This document shows positions 42,847 to 52,316 of a stretch of 64,000 nucleotides of DNA, piece by piece. The notes under the pieces were generated by a model. The model saw only the letters and a list, made by a program, of their open reading frames with translations. It ran no database searches and was not told the origin of the DNA. The stretch is taken from contig JBEKDF010000001.1 in NCBI GenBank assembly GCA_050014495.1, positions 96,001 through 160,000 on the forward strand. Direction: 5' to 3'. Positions within the stretch are counted from its first letter, which is position 1. Each line of letters starts with the position of its first letter. The position numbers were made by a program, and so were the translations under genes. This DNA comes from Candidatus Bathyarchaeia archaeon (GTDB lineage Archaea > Thermoproteota > Bathyarchaeia > TCS64).

Positions 42847-43077
42847 TTGGCTGAAATGATTGAGCGGGTCCTGGAGAGAAGCATCGGTAAAACTGTCCTA
42901 ATTAAGGTGAGGGGCGGTAAGACGCTACGAGGGACCCTTGAGGGCTTCGACCAGCACGTCAATCTTGTGCTCAAGGACGCCGAGAACGTTAGCGATCCGA
43001 TGAAGTCCGAGATGATCGGAACAATAGTGCTGCGCGGCGATAACGTGATAATGATCTCTCCGCCTCCCGAGGGTTAG
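42847..43077 (+). CDS. Sm/Lsm-like archaeal protein
   Basis: G.L.GFDQH.NLVL..AE...RGDNV..ISP; adjacent to L37e. Confidence 0.93.
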   Translation: MAEMIERVLERSIGKTVLIKVRGGKTLRGTLEGFDQHVNLVLKDAENVSDPMKSEMIGTIVLRGDNVIMISPPPEG

Positions 43078-43086
43078 GTGTAATTT

Positions 43087-43269
43087 ATGCCTTCTAAGCA
43101 TGCTATTCATACGGGTAAGCGGACACATATGAGGTGTAGGCGCTGCGGGCGTAGGGCTTATCATATGCGCCTCGGAGTCTGCGCGGCCTGTGGCTTCGGT
43201 AAGACGCCGACACTTAGGCACTACAACTGGATGAGAAAAGATCTTCAGAGGACGCATAGACTCATCTAG
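43087..43269 (+). CDS. rpl37e: 50S ribosomal protein L37e
   Basis: TH.RCRRCGRRAYH.....CAACGFG....R.YNW. Confidence 0.95.
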   Translation: MPSKHAIHTGKRTHMRCRRCGRRAYHMRLGVCAACGFGKTPTLRHYNWMRKDLQRTHRLI

Positions 43270-43426
43270 TTGTTTTCTTCGATCACATCTAGTTTGAGTT
43301 CTCGTCTCTCCCTCTCATAAGGGGGAGAACAATAACATTTCAGATATGTATTAGAAAGGTTCGACTCAGTGTTCGGTTCTTTCGTAGTGATATGTTTTTT
43401 AGGTTTGGAGTATGGGTTGTTGTTGG

Positions 43427-43536
43427 GCGGGGGTACCCGAGACTGGCCAAAGGGGCGGGACTTAAGATCAGGCAGTCTCTGGTGAGAGATCCCGTAGCTC
43501 AGGCTTTCGTGGGTTCAAGTCCCACCCCCCGCACCA
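43427..43536 (+). tRNA. tRNA-Leu(TAA) with 22-nt intron at 37/38 (43467-43488)
   Basis: GCGGGGG/CCCCCGC acceptor, CGGGA-CTTAAG|A-TCCCG, long variable arm, CCA; intron forms a BHB (CTTA/TGAG helix, two 3-nt bulges). Confidence 0.93.
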
Positions 43537-43588
43537 ACCTTCGAAACCCTCAAACTAAACTTGATTTGCAAGTAGTTGGTTACAGAAT

Positions 43589-44317
43589 TTATATATCAAT
43601 TGTTAAATCAGGTGGAACACCAAAAACCTCATCCAACATCATCTTAAAATATGCTTTCGATTTTATATCCAAAAGGAATAGTTTTTTACTATATGCTTTG
43701 TCAGTGAATTCTTTTTCACATATTTTCTTATGAGATCCTTCTATGTCGTTAAAATCATATCCAAGATAATGGATTAAATATTTGTCTCGACTAGTTGAAT
43801 ATCTTATAGCCTTAATTGATTCATATTGCTGTTCTCTAAATTGTAGAACAGGATACAAGTCCATAATAAAAGGTATCATTTGATCATAAGCTGATTTTAT
43901 ATAATCATAATCGTTAGGATTTATCTGACGATATTTCGAATAAATATTGCCTAGTTTCTCCATCATGCGCTCTGACTTTAAATTATATTTATCTACATAT
44001 TCCTCCTCATATTTATTAATAATTAGATTTCTTCTTAAAGCTGAGTTTATGAATGACGAAGGACCTAATCTAATAATTCTATTATTACCAAATTTTCTAG
44101 CAACGTTAGCCTTTTCAACCTTGCTCCGGGCCTCATCATTATAGGGAACACCTGCAAGATTGAACGCCTCTTTTTGACTTCCAAACAATTCATAAAATAC
44201 CCTGGGATTTACTTTACATTTTAATTGAATTTCCTTCATGCTCGGAGTTTTCCCAAACTCACCATAATAATTTTTAATAAACTGAATTATTTTTTTCCTT
44301 TCCTCATCAGCACTCAT
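43589..44317 (-). CDS. AT-rich ORFan with N-terminal HTH resembling the homing-endonuclease-associated repeat
   Basis: GKTPS..EI.......FYELFGS..EAF..AGV; markedly AT-rich; immediately downstream of tRNA-Leu. Confidence 0.55.
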   Translation of the reverse strand: MSADEERKKIIQFIKNYYGEFGKTPSMKEIQLKCKVNPRVFYELFGSQKEAFNLAGVPYNDEARSKVEKANVARKFGNNRIIRLGPSSFINSALRRNLIINKYEEEYVDKYNLKSERMMEKLGNIYSKYRQINPNDYDYIKSAYDQMIPFIMDLYPVLQFREQQYESIKAIRYSTSRDKYLIHYLGYDFNDIEGSHKKICEKEFTDKAYSKKLFLLDIKSKAYFKMMLDEVFGVPPDLTIDI

Positions 44318-44361
44318 GCTCAGTCAAACAGACATCAGTTACTGGCCTCGATTAATCTTTC

Positions 44362-44439
44362 CATTTCCAGCCATTTCTGGAGAAAGTGAGGTCATTTCAC
44401 CTTCATTCCAACCTCATTTACACCCATTTCACCCATTTC
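44362..44439. repeat. Seven CATTTC-like hexamers at ~10-11 bp phasing
   Basis: Copies start at 44362, 44372, 44393, 44404 (CATTCC), 44415 (CATTTA), 44425, 44434. Confidence 0.6.
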
Positions 44440-44563
44440 GGATATCTACAAGGCATGATATACTAAGATTATTGAAGTTTATTTGTGAGGGTTGTCTTAG
44501 AAGAGCAGAAGCTTGGCATATTCACTGCATAGTTTTTTGGGTGCAGAGTCATTATCCGCTGTA

Positions 44564-45325
44564 ATGATAGCAGACGAGAACTTCCACAGGATCGAGGCTA
44601 TACTCGCCGCTGAGGGAAATCGGGGGGGGCTGAAGTGGGCCATGGGGGTCGCCCCCTTCGATGTCGTATTCAATATACTTCTTCCAATACAGAAGAGTAG
44701 GCTCGGGGAGATTACTTGCAGCTCCTTGGAGCACATGATGAGGGAGGGTTCGGTCATAAGCTTAGCATATGCCTATCCTCCCTATGCAATAGAGGCGATT
44801 GCTCAGGGGAAGGAGAAAGCATGGGACATGAATAAGTGGAACATTTACGCACGCGCCTATACGAGGCTCAACAAGGCCCTCAACGAGACGTCAGCTCTAA
44901 TAGCTAAGGAGTTGGGGGGCGTCGCCATACCAGCCACAGTTGGAGGCTTCTCCTCTCAGGTCAGCCACGTCGAGGAGTACTACGCCCAGAGCGTAAGCCA
45001 CCGTGTCGCAGCGGAGCTTAGCGGAGTCGGCTGGAGGGGAAAGAATGAGCTCATAGTCAATCCCCAATTCGGTTGCGCTATCAGGTTAGCATCCGTTCTC
45101 ACAACTGTCCCCATAATGAGAACACCCCCTTGCAAGCAAGGCTGTGGAGAGTGCCACGCTTGCCTAGAGGAGTGCAGGTTCCTCAAATACAAGGGCAAGC
45201 TCGACAACTATAGAGAGCAATGCCGCAGATACCTCGTCTACCTTAATCTTGAGGACGAGGTCTGCGGTAAGTGCATAAAGGCGTGCATAAAGGAAAGCCT
45301 CTATGCCAGTCAATTCAACCTCTAA
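44564..45325 (+). CDS. Epoxyqueuosine reductase (QueG)-like 4Fe-4S protein
   Basis: SHRVAAE.SG.GW.GKN.L...P.FG...RL..VLT, C..C..C...C, CG.CIKAC. Confidence 0.75.
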   Translation: MIADENFHRIEAILAAEGNRGGLKWAMGVAPFDVVFNILLPIQKSRLGEITCSSLEHMMREGSVISLAYAYPPYAIEAIAQGKEKAWDMNKWNIYARAYTRLNKALNETSALIAKELGGVAIPATVGGFSSQVSHVEEYYAQSVSHRVAAELSGVGWRGKNELIVNPQFGCAIRLASVLTTVPIMRTPPCKQGCGECHACLEECRFLKYKGKLDNYREQCRRYLVYLNLEDEVCGKCIKACIKESLYASQFNL

Positions 45326-45522
45326 ACTTTTATAGATCAGGAATGTCGGATTCATAATCGATTTTCCTAAAAAGTACCCGGACAGTTTGAATCAGGTTCC
45401 CTGTTTGAAGTGGAGCGTGCATGAGGATGAAATGTTCTAGTTCCCAGGAACAAGAACCACCTCAAGCAGTCGATAATCAATTTTGACCCAGACTCATTTT
45501 ACCTCTTGGAGAGTAAGCCAAA

Positions 45523-45879
45523 TCAAAAGGTCACGATGCGGTCGGCTTCCTTCACCCAATTTGCTAGTATCATCATTGTGCCCCTCTGGACGCCTTCGGC
45601 AAGATCCTCATCCCTTAACCCGCGAGACTTGAGACAGGTACCGCAGGTCTTCACCTCGACCCCTTTCGCGATGAGGTCTGTGAGCATCTTCTCTAGGTTG
45701 TAATACCCCTCAGGCGTGCTCTGCCCCCTCTTTGCGGCTCCCACACTGTCACCCATAAGGAAGACCCTGACCTGCATACCTATCTCCGTGACGATGGAGG
45801 CGTTGGCTAGGCGGAGAGCGTTCCAAGTCTTCTCGCTCCCATAGGGGGCATCGTTTGCGATTATGAGCAGTTTGACCAT
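45523..45879 (-). CDS. DsrE/YchN family protein
   Basis: N.APYGSE...NALRLA, FLMGD.V, CGTC...RG. Confidence 0.88.
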   Translation of the reverse strand: MVKLLIIANDAPYGSEKTWNALRLANASIVTEIGMQVRVFLMGDSVGAAKRGQSTPEGYYNLEKMLTDLIAKGVEVKTCGTCLKSRGLRDEDLAEGVQRGTMMILANWVKEADRIVTF

Positions 45880-45921
45880 ACCTGAAAAAGGGGATGAAGC
45901 CCCCTAAAACTGTGACGAGAA

Positions 45922-46695
45922 CTACTTTCTCCCCACGAAGAGTGTGATCATCTCGTCGTTTCTAATTGGCTCGTTCCCGTGCTCCACCTTCCACTTTCTC
46001 AGATCAGCCACCCCCCTCTCAAGCCCAGCCTGTGAGATGGGCTGGAACATGCTCCACAGCTTCTTCTCAGCGATCTCTATTAACTCGTCGGCTGACTGGT
46101 ACCTCTCCATGTCGTATGGGTAAATCTCGGTGAGTCGGAAGCCAGCATTCCTGAAATAGGTCTTAAAGGCCTCGTCGCTGGGATAAACATCGAGCTGGCT
46201 CTGCTTAATCTCAGGGAATAGCTTGAGGACGACCTTCTGGTTCAGTTGAGCATGACCGATTGTGTGGGCGATCTTCGCCCCGCCACGCTTTAAGATGCGG
46301 TAGCACTCATTCGCCGCCTCCTGCTTGTCGATGATGTGGTGCCAGACCTGAGCAGCGTAAACGAGGTCAAAGACGTCGCAGCGGAAGGGCATGTTCTCGG
46401 CTACGGATTGGACCACAGGGAAGTCAGGGGTTTTCTCCTTAGCTTGCTTAAGCATTCCGATGGAGGGGTCGAAGCCGACAGCGGTGGCATGAGTCCGTGC
46501 TTGGATGCCAAGCCCATAGTTGCCTGTTCCACAACCCATGTCGACGACGAGGGAGCTCGAGTCGAGGTGCGCCAACAGTTCCGCCTCTCCCGCCCAGAAC
46601 CAGATGTCCTCACTGACCCGACCTTTGTCATACTCAGTACTCACCTTGTTGAAGTGGGGATTGCTAACGGCCATACCTCTTAGAGGATAGATCAA
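45922..46695 (-). CDS. Class I SAM-dependent methyltransferase
   Basis: VVDMGCGTG, AE.MPF....FD, HH, RILK.GG. Confidence 0.88.
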   Translation of the reverse strand: MIYPLRGMAVSNPHFNKVSTEYDKGRVSEDIWFWAGEAELLAHLDSSSLVVDMGCGTGNYGLGIQARTHATAVGFDPSIGMLKQAKEKTPDFPVVQSVAENMPFRCDVFDLVYAAQVWHHIIDKQEAANECYRILKRGGAKIAHTIGHAQLNQKVVLKLFPEIKQSQLDVYPSDEAFKTYFRNAGFRLTEIYPYDMERYQSADELIEIAEKKLWSMFQPISQAGLERGVADLRKWKVEHGNEPIRNDEMITLFVGRK

Positions 46696-46832
46696 AGGAT
46701 AAATTATGGGGTCGATTTATTGGAATTCAGGAAGGGTATACTCATATATAAAAAGCGCCATTTCGAGAGCTCAACATCGAGCCAAGCCCATCCAAACCTT
46801 AATATTTTAATCTAGTAGTTTGCTGTTGTCAA

Positions 46833-46909
46833 GCCGCCGTAGCTCAGTCCGGTGGAGCGTCTGGCTGTTAACCAGTTGGTCAACGGTTCAAGTCCGTTCG
46901 GCGGCGCCA
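46833..46909 (+). tRNA. tRNA-Asn(GTT)
   Basis: GCCGCCG/CGGCGGC acceptor, CTGG-CTGTTAA-CCAG, AACGG-TTCAAGT-CCGTT, CCA. Confidence 0.95.
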
Positions 46910-46999
46910 CATCAACGAAATAGAATAGTTTATAGCCGTAGTTCTCCGCTTCATCTAACTAAGTTTCAAAAAAACAATATAGGAGTATGCGAGCTTAGG

Positions 47000-48976
47000 A
47001 TGGACCTTATTCTTCTTTCACTGTCTGTCGGCGCCATCGCGATGGCGTTCGTCGCGTACCTCTCATGGTCCATAATTCGTGAGCCCGCGGGTACACCTGA
47101 GATGATGAGGATTGCTGCTTCGATAGAGGATGGCGCTAAAGTCTACCTTCGCAGGCAGAACACAACGATCGCCGCCGTAACGGCGCTTGTCACCATCCCA
47201 ATAGCGCTCTACTACCATGACCTCAGGGTCATTGGAGCCTTCGTTGCTGGGTCCGCCCTCAGCCTCCTCAGCGCCTACATAGGAATGATGGTAGCCGTAA
47301 AAGCAAACGTGCGGACGACGAACGCGGCGAAAACGTCAACGGCGAAGAGCTTCCTCATTGCCTTCAGGGGCGGTGGAGTAATGGGCCTCCTAGTCACAGG
47401 CCTCAGCCTCATCGGGGTCAGCATCCTCCTCATGATATTCAAGGACCCAAACCTAATAGTCACCTACGGCTTCGGCTCCAGCCTCACCGCCCTCTTCGCC
47501 CAATTAGGTGGCGGCATCTTCACGAAAGCGGCCGACATAGGTGCTGACCTCGTCGGAAAGGTGGAGCACAGGATACCTGAGGACGACCCACGCAACCCCG
47601 CAGTGATCGCTGATCAGGTGGGCGACAACGTAGGTGACTGTGCGGGTAGGGGGAGCGACCTCTTCCAGACTCTGAGCGATGACTACATAACGGCGATGCT
47701 CCTCGCTTCCATCGTCCTGGGCTTCACAGGCATGAATGGCCTTGTATACCCCCTGATGTTGGGGGCAACTGGAATAATCGCAACGATAGTCGGGATCTTT
47801 CTCACGCGCCAATGGAGGGGTATCAGACCCATCAGCGCATTCAACGTCGGTCTCATTTCCTCCGCAGTTATTTGCATAATAGGCGCTTATTTTGCCACGA
47901 TAAGTCTCTTGGGGGACATCAGAATATTCTACGCCGTTGTCGGAGGCCTCCTGGCAAGCCTAGCGACAGGGCTCGTTGTCCAGTACTATATCGGAATTAA
48001 TAGCGGTCCAATCAAAAAGGTGGCGGCCTCATGCGAATACGGCTCCGCTATAAACATAATCACGGGTCTAGGCTACGCTCTCCAAAGCCCCTTCGTACCC
48101 TTCATTTGCGTCGTCGCCGTTATTTACTTCGCCTTTAGTATTACGGGCTCCATCTTCGGCGTCGTTGGCGTCAACCTCGGCACCGACCTCGCGATAGGGA
48201 TCATCATGTCAAGCGACACATTCGGCCCAATCAGCGACAACGCGCAGGGCATAGCAGAAATGTCTGGTATGGTCGAGAACGCCGACTCTTTAGTCGAACT
48301 AGACTCCATGGGGAACACTACGAAGGCCTTCACAAAGGCCTTTGCAACCCTTAGTGGCACGGTCTCGACAGTCGTCATCTTCGCAACTTACAGTAACTTG
48401 GCGGGGCTCACGAACGCTACAATTGGCCTACTCAGCCCAGTCTTCATAGTAGGCCTTCTCCTCGGTGGCGTCGTCCCATTCCTCTTCTCCTCCCTAATCA
48501 TAGGTGCCACCGCTGAGTCAGCCTATAAGATGGTCGAGGAGGTACGCAGACAGTTCAATGAGAGACCGGGGATATTGGAGGAGAAGGAGCTACCCGACTA
48601 CAAGAGGTGCGTCGATATAGCAACGCGGGATGCTCTTCTTAAGATGATTGCGCCCGGGCTACTCGCAGTGCTTGCCCCAATAGCTGTGGGCCTCATTCTC
48701 GGGAAATATGCTCTCGCGGCGATGCTCCTCGGTAGCCTTGTCACTTCAGCACTACTCAGCCCAACTTTTACATTCGGAGGAGGCATCTGGGACAACGCGA
48801 AGAAGCGCATTGAGAGGGATTTCTGGATGAAAGGGACCCCCGTACACGCTGCGGCTGTCACAGGTGACACAGTCGGTGACCCACTAAAAGATGTGGCAGG
48901 GCCTAGTCTCAACATCTACATGAAGCTGACGAATATGACGGCGCTACTCTTGGTGCCGCTCTTGTTGCTACTTTAG
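47000..48976 (+). CDS. hppA: Membrane-integral pyrophosphatase, K+-independent signature
   Basis: GGIFTKAADIGADLVGKVE, EDDPRN, GPISDNA.G, GNTTKA, DTVGDPLKD; start at ATG 47000. Confidence 0.93.
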   Translation: MDLILLSLSVGAIAMAFVAYLSWSIIREPAGTPEMMRIAASIEDGAKVYLRRQNTTIAAVTALVTIPIALYYHDLRVIGAFVAGSALSLLSAYIGMMVAVKANVRTTNAAKTSTAKSFLIAFRGGGVMGLLVTGLSLIGVSILLMIFKDPNLIVTYGFGSSLTALFAQLGGGIFTKAADIGADLVGKVEHRIPEDDPRNPAVIADQVGDNVGDCAGRGSDLFQTLSDDYITAMLLASIVLGFTGMNGLVYPLMLGATGIIATIVGIFLTRQWRGIRPISAFNVGLISSAVICIIGAYFATISLLGDIRIFYAVVGGLLASLATGLVVQYYIGINSGPIKKVAASCEYGSAINIITGLGYALQSPFVPFICVVAVIYFAFSITGSIFGVVGVNLGTDLAIGIIMSSDTFGPISDNAQGIAEMSGMVENADSLVELDSMGNTTKAFTKAFATLSGTVSTVVIFATYSNLAGLTNATIGLLSPVFIVGLLLGGVVPFLFSSLIIGATAESAYKMVEEVRRQFNERPGILEEKELPDYKRCVDIATRDALLKMIAPGLLAVLAPIAVGLILGKYALAAMLLGSLVTSALLSPTFTFGGGIWDNAKKRIERDFWMKGTPVHAAAVTGDTVGDPLKDVAGPSLNIYMKLTNMTALLLVPLLLLL

Positions 48977-49969
48977 GCCACGGAAATGCTCCCACCCGCC
49001 CTTACCGATGGACTTCTCGACTCCATCCTCGACGTAGATAATCCTCTTCTCATTGGTCACAACACCGAGCTCGAGGAGGTCCACGCCTTGAGAGCGCAGA
49101 GCCTTCTTAGCCTCGTTAACCATTTCAGGCTTGACTGTGAAGATAAGCTCATACTCCTCCCCACCGTATAGGGCAAGGTCTGCTCTGTCGAGCTCATAAA
49201 GCTCCGCGAACTCCTCAGCATCTCTCGTGAGAGGGAGGTTAGTGAGCCTAAAGCCATTACCACTGCTCTTCTGGAGGTCGTGGAGGCTAACAGCGAGGCC
49301 ATCACTTGAATCCATACTGCTTGTGGCAGTGCCCGAGGCGGCGAGGGCTATCCCCGCAGCGACCCTAGCACGAGGCATGTAGACCGACTCCACGAGCCTG
49401 ATGCGTAGTCCCTCGGGGGCCTCCATATCTTCGAGGAGTATCTTAAAAGCAGCGGTAGTGCTGCCAAAGCCACCCGTAGTAGCAAGCACATCGCCCGGCT
49501 TTGAGGTGCTCCTCAATATGAGACGTTTCTCCTCGGCGAGTCCGTAGGCCATTCCGGAGATTATGATGTCGCACGCTTCGTTGGTGTCGCCGCCCACCAT
49601 ATAGCCACCGTACTCTCGGGCGCCCGCTTCGAAGCCCCTGGCGATGTCCTCCACCCAGTCGACCGGCGTCGTGCTGGGCGCGCCGAGGGCGGCGAGGAAT
49701 ATGAGTGGCTGCACGCCCTTCGAGCCGAGGTCGCTGAAGTTCATTACAACTGCCTTGCGCCCCGCCTGGAAAGGTGTCATTCCTCGGGGTATGTCGGTCT
49801 TCCAGACGAGCATATCTGTTTTCAATATCACAGCGCGCCCGTCACCGAGGCTTATGGCGTTGACATCGTCCCAATTCGGCACGGGCATTCCCGGCATGAG
49901 AGTCAGGTGCCTCATTATGCGGTTGATTAGTTCCCGCTCTCCGATCTCTGCTATGGTGGGCAAGGGCAT
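48968..49969 (-). CDS. thiL: Thiamine-monophosphate kinase
   Basis: GERELI, DD, TD, N.SDL...G, GGDT, D.SDGL, GGEEYEL.FT. Confidence 0.92.
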   Translation of the reverse strand: MPLPTIAEIGERELINRIMRHLTLMPGMPVPNWDDVNAISLGDGRAVILKTDMLVWKTDIPRGMTPFQAGRKAVVMNFSDLGSKGVQPLIFLAALGAPSTTPVDWVEDIARGFEAGAREYGGYMVGGDTNEACDIIISGMAYGLAEEKRLILRSTSKPGDVLATTGGFGSTTAAFKILLEDMEAPEGLRIRLVESVYMPRARVAAGIALAASGTATSSMDSSDGLAVSLHDLQKSSGNGFRLTNLPLTRDAEEFAELYELDRADLALYGGEEYELIFTVKPEMVNEAKKALRSQGVDLLELGVVTNEKRIIYVEDGVEKSIGKGGWEHFRGLK

Positions 49970-50009
49970 CGTTCTCGTCTAGGAGCGTCCTCGTTATAAC
50001 GATTGGGGG

Positions 50010-50028
50010 TTAATAAACGTCTTATACA
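50010..50028 (+). repeat. 19-bp direct repeat, left copy (putative attL)
   Basis: TTAATAAACGTCTTATACA, identical to 56831-56849. Confidence 0.85.
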
Positions 50029-50048
50029 TAATTTGAATGGTTTAAAAA

Positions 50049-50300
50049 TTATACTTCAGGCTTCTTTTCGGGTTCTTTTTTAGGTTCTTCAACCGTTTTC
50101 TTTCGAGATTTGGTGCGTGATTTGATTGCACTAACTGTAGCGTTGTCTGCTCCAGTAATTTCTGATATCTCTTTGGGCTTCAAACCAACTTCTGAAAGTA
50201 TTTCTATTTTTTGAGTTAGAGTTTTATCAGCTAGAATAGTTGCAGCATTAATCTTAATCAAGATGTCGATTTTTTCAATTAAAACGTCTATTTTTTCCAT
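50049..50300 (-). CDS. Small HTH protein
   Basis: QKIEILSEVGLKPKEISEITG....TVS HTH-like; last gene of a three-gene unit. Confidence 0.6.
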   Translation of the reverse strand: MEKIDVLIEKIDILIKINAATILADKTLTQKIEILSEVGLKPKEISEITGADNATVSAIKSRTKSRKKTVEEPKKEPEKKPEV

Positions 50301-50316
50301 TAGTGGGGTTTCGCCT

Positions 50317-50784
50317 CTATTTATGTTCAGCTTCTTTGGGCGCTCCAGATGCTTCAACTAGAGGTGTTGAGGGTGGAGTTACCTGTCCGGTAGTACTCTT
50401 TTTTGGTTTTTTAGGTTCCTTTGCATATTCGATTTTTCGCAGGTTCTTGTAGAATTTTCCTTTTGGTTTCTCAATTTCATAAATTATACCAATATCAGCC
50501 CAATTTGACGTAACTCTTGAAAATTGTCCTTGGTCGATTTTGCATTCACTTGCAATTGTCGATTGAGTGTGGTTTCCATCACATAGGTTGTAAGCCTTAA
50601 CGTAGCTATCTGGTTCCGGCTTATGATCTGTGATTATTTTACCAAGAGGTTCGTCTGTTGGGAATGCTATACGTCCAAGAAGCGTGTTTGTTGCTTCAAC
50701 ATAATTTTGATAATATTCGACGGCTGATTTTAATTCGTCTATTTTAGCTATAAGTTTGGCATTAGGATCTTTTGCAGGACTCAA
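50317..50784 (-). CDS. Winged-HTH-like protein
   Basis: AYNLCDG..TQ..IA......Q..SR....W...GII; start overlaps the upstream stop. Confidence 0.6.
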   Translation of the reverse strand: MSPAKDPNAKLIAKIDELKSAVEYYQNYVEATNTLLGRIAFPTDEPLGKIITDHKPEPDSYVKAYNLCDGNHTQSTIASECKIDQGQFSRVTSNWADIGIIYEIEKPKGKFYKNLRKIEYAKEPKKPKKSTTGQVTPPSTPLVEASGAPKEAEHK

Positions 50785-51614
50785 TTTAATGGCTCACCAT
50801 CCCATATCATACATTTAGCCTCATCTTTACTTATTTCGCCACTTAACACAGATTTAACTGTTTCAAAAAGAAACTTTGTTGTCACTAATCTTGAATTATC
50901 CAGTTGCAAGAATTTTCGTGCATGATCTGTAATTGGTTTATCTCTAGTTATAGGGTCTTTTTCCCTAAAATGATTTACAAAAAAGAATCCTTGTAACTTA
51001 TCTGGCTCTCGTTCATCTTTTGCTACTTCTGCTTTCATCCATCCATCTAATTGAAGTGCTTTAACCTTGTCTCCTTGTTTTGTCGTACCTTCGACCTCGA
51101 CTAGAGCTTTCACTCCATTATACTCAAAAGTAACGTCAGCGTAATCTCTATTTTTAATGTGATGTTCAACGTTTTCAAACTCTAACCAAACTAGTGTAAA
51201 TGCAATTGCAGCTTCTAATGGAATATCAGCAAGGTATAACAAACGTTCAAACATATCATATTGTAATACTTTTTCTTGTAGAGTTTTAATCTCGGTATCA
51301 ACTGCTGTTCTTTCAGCGAATGAATAACTACTGATCCAATCTGGCTTAGGTTGAGTCATGATAATTGACTGTAACATTAATTTTGGCAAGTAGATTTCAG
51401 GAACACCGGTCTTTCCTTCGCCACCAAACACAATGTTAAGCTCTTTTGTATCAACAAGACGAGTGAGTGCCTCATTTAACTTAGGAGTTGTAATTCCAGT
51501 TTCTTCGACAAGAACTGTCTTAGAGGGAAGTTTGTGTTTTTGAAAAATATAGTCACTAATGAAATCAAGTATTATTTGAGAATTTTCAGCAATTTCTCTC
51601 TCAGACTCGGACAA
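50781..51614 (-). CDS. wHTH plus PD-(D/E)xK-like restriction-endonuclease-fold protein
   Basis: N-terminal LPSK..L...TGI....L..AL..L; C-terminal LE.AI...L, ADV, VEVEGTTK, QL..W, NHFR..P..R. Confidence 0.6.
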   Translation of the reverse strand: MSESEREIAENSQIILDFISDYIFQKHKLPSKTVLVEETGITTPKLNEALTRLVDTKELNIVFGGEGKTGVPEIYLPKLMLQSIIMTQPKPDWISSYSFAERTAVDTEIKTLQEKVLQYDMFERLLYLADIPLEAAIAFTLVWLEFENVEHHIKNRDYADVTFEYNGVKALVEVEGTTKQGDKVKALQLDGWMKAEVAKDEREPDKLQGFFFVNHFREKDPITRDKPITDHARKFLQLDNSRLVTTKFLFETVKSVLSGEISKDEAKCMIWDGEPLN

Positions 51615-51725
51615 TTAATTCTAGCAAAACTGTAACCTGTTCAATTAAATAAAATGCTCGTTTGCGCAAGTACAAGTCAAAGAAAACATAAGTTTTCTAG
51701 AAACCTAGAAAACAAATACTAACAT

Positions 51726-52316
51726 ATGATTGATCAAACAAAATTCGAATTCATAAAAAAGAAGTATGGGCATCATGCAAGTTGGGCAATTTGGGCTGAT
51801 GTGGGAGAAAAACCAAAAGATAATGTTGGCGATCTAAGCGTTTTTGACATAAAATACAATCCAGGACTTTTACAGCAATTGAATCCCGATATAATTCTTG
51901 TTGGGCTAAATGTATCGCGTGGAATGATGGAAGTTCCACTAGCAAATTTTCACGATGCAAGATCTGTATCACAGGATTTCAAGATAAGATACGCATTGAG
52001 CGGTTCGCCCTTGTGGGGAGCATATATAACAGACATCATCAAGGATTTTGATCAAAAAGCATCTGGAAAAGTGATGAGTTATTTAAGAATGAATAAAACG
52101 TTTGAAAAAGAGAATGTAAGATTGTTTCGTGAGGAAATAAATGATTTAGGAAGTCATAATCCTATTATTATCGCTTTTGGAAAAGATGTTCACACGATTC
52201 TGACCAGAAACTTCACGAATGAATATAAGATTTTCAAAATACCTCATTACAGCAATTTCTGCAGCAAGGAAAAATATAGAGAAGAGGTGAGTTGCATTTT
52301 GCAGTATGGAAAATAA
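51726..52316 (+). CDS. Uracil-DNA-glycosylase-like fold protein
   Basis: IILVGLN.S, NFH, YITDIIK, IIAFG, IPHYS mirror UDG-superfamily motif order. Confidence 0.5.
   Translation: MIDQTKFEFIKKKYGHHASWAIWADVGEKPKDNVGDLSVFDIKYNPGLLQQLNPDIILVGLNVSRGMMEVPLANFHDARSVSQDFKIRYALSGSPLWGAYITDIIKDFDQKASGKVMSYLRMNKTFEKENVRLFREEINDLGSHNPIIIAFGKDVHTILTRNFTNEYKIFKIPHYSNFCSKEKYREEVSCILQYGK

Noticed and set aside
43392..43733. 113-aa ORF
   Set aside because: It overlaps tRNA-Leu entirely; shadow ORF
46820..46999. N-terminal extension of HppA in the ORF track
   Set aside because: It runs through tRNA-Asn; the hydrophobic protein starts at ATG 47000
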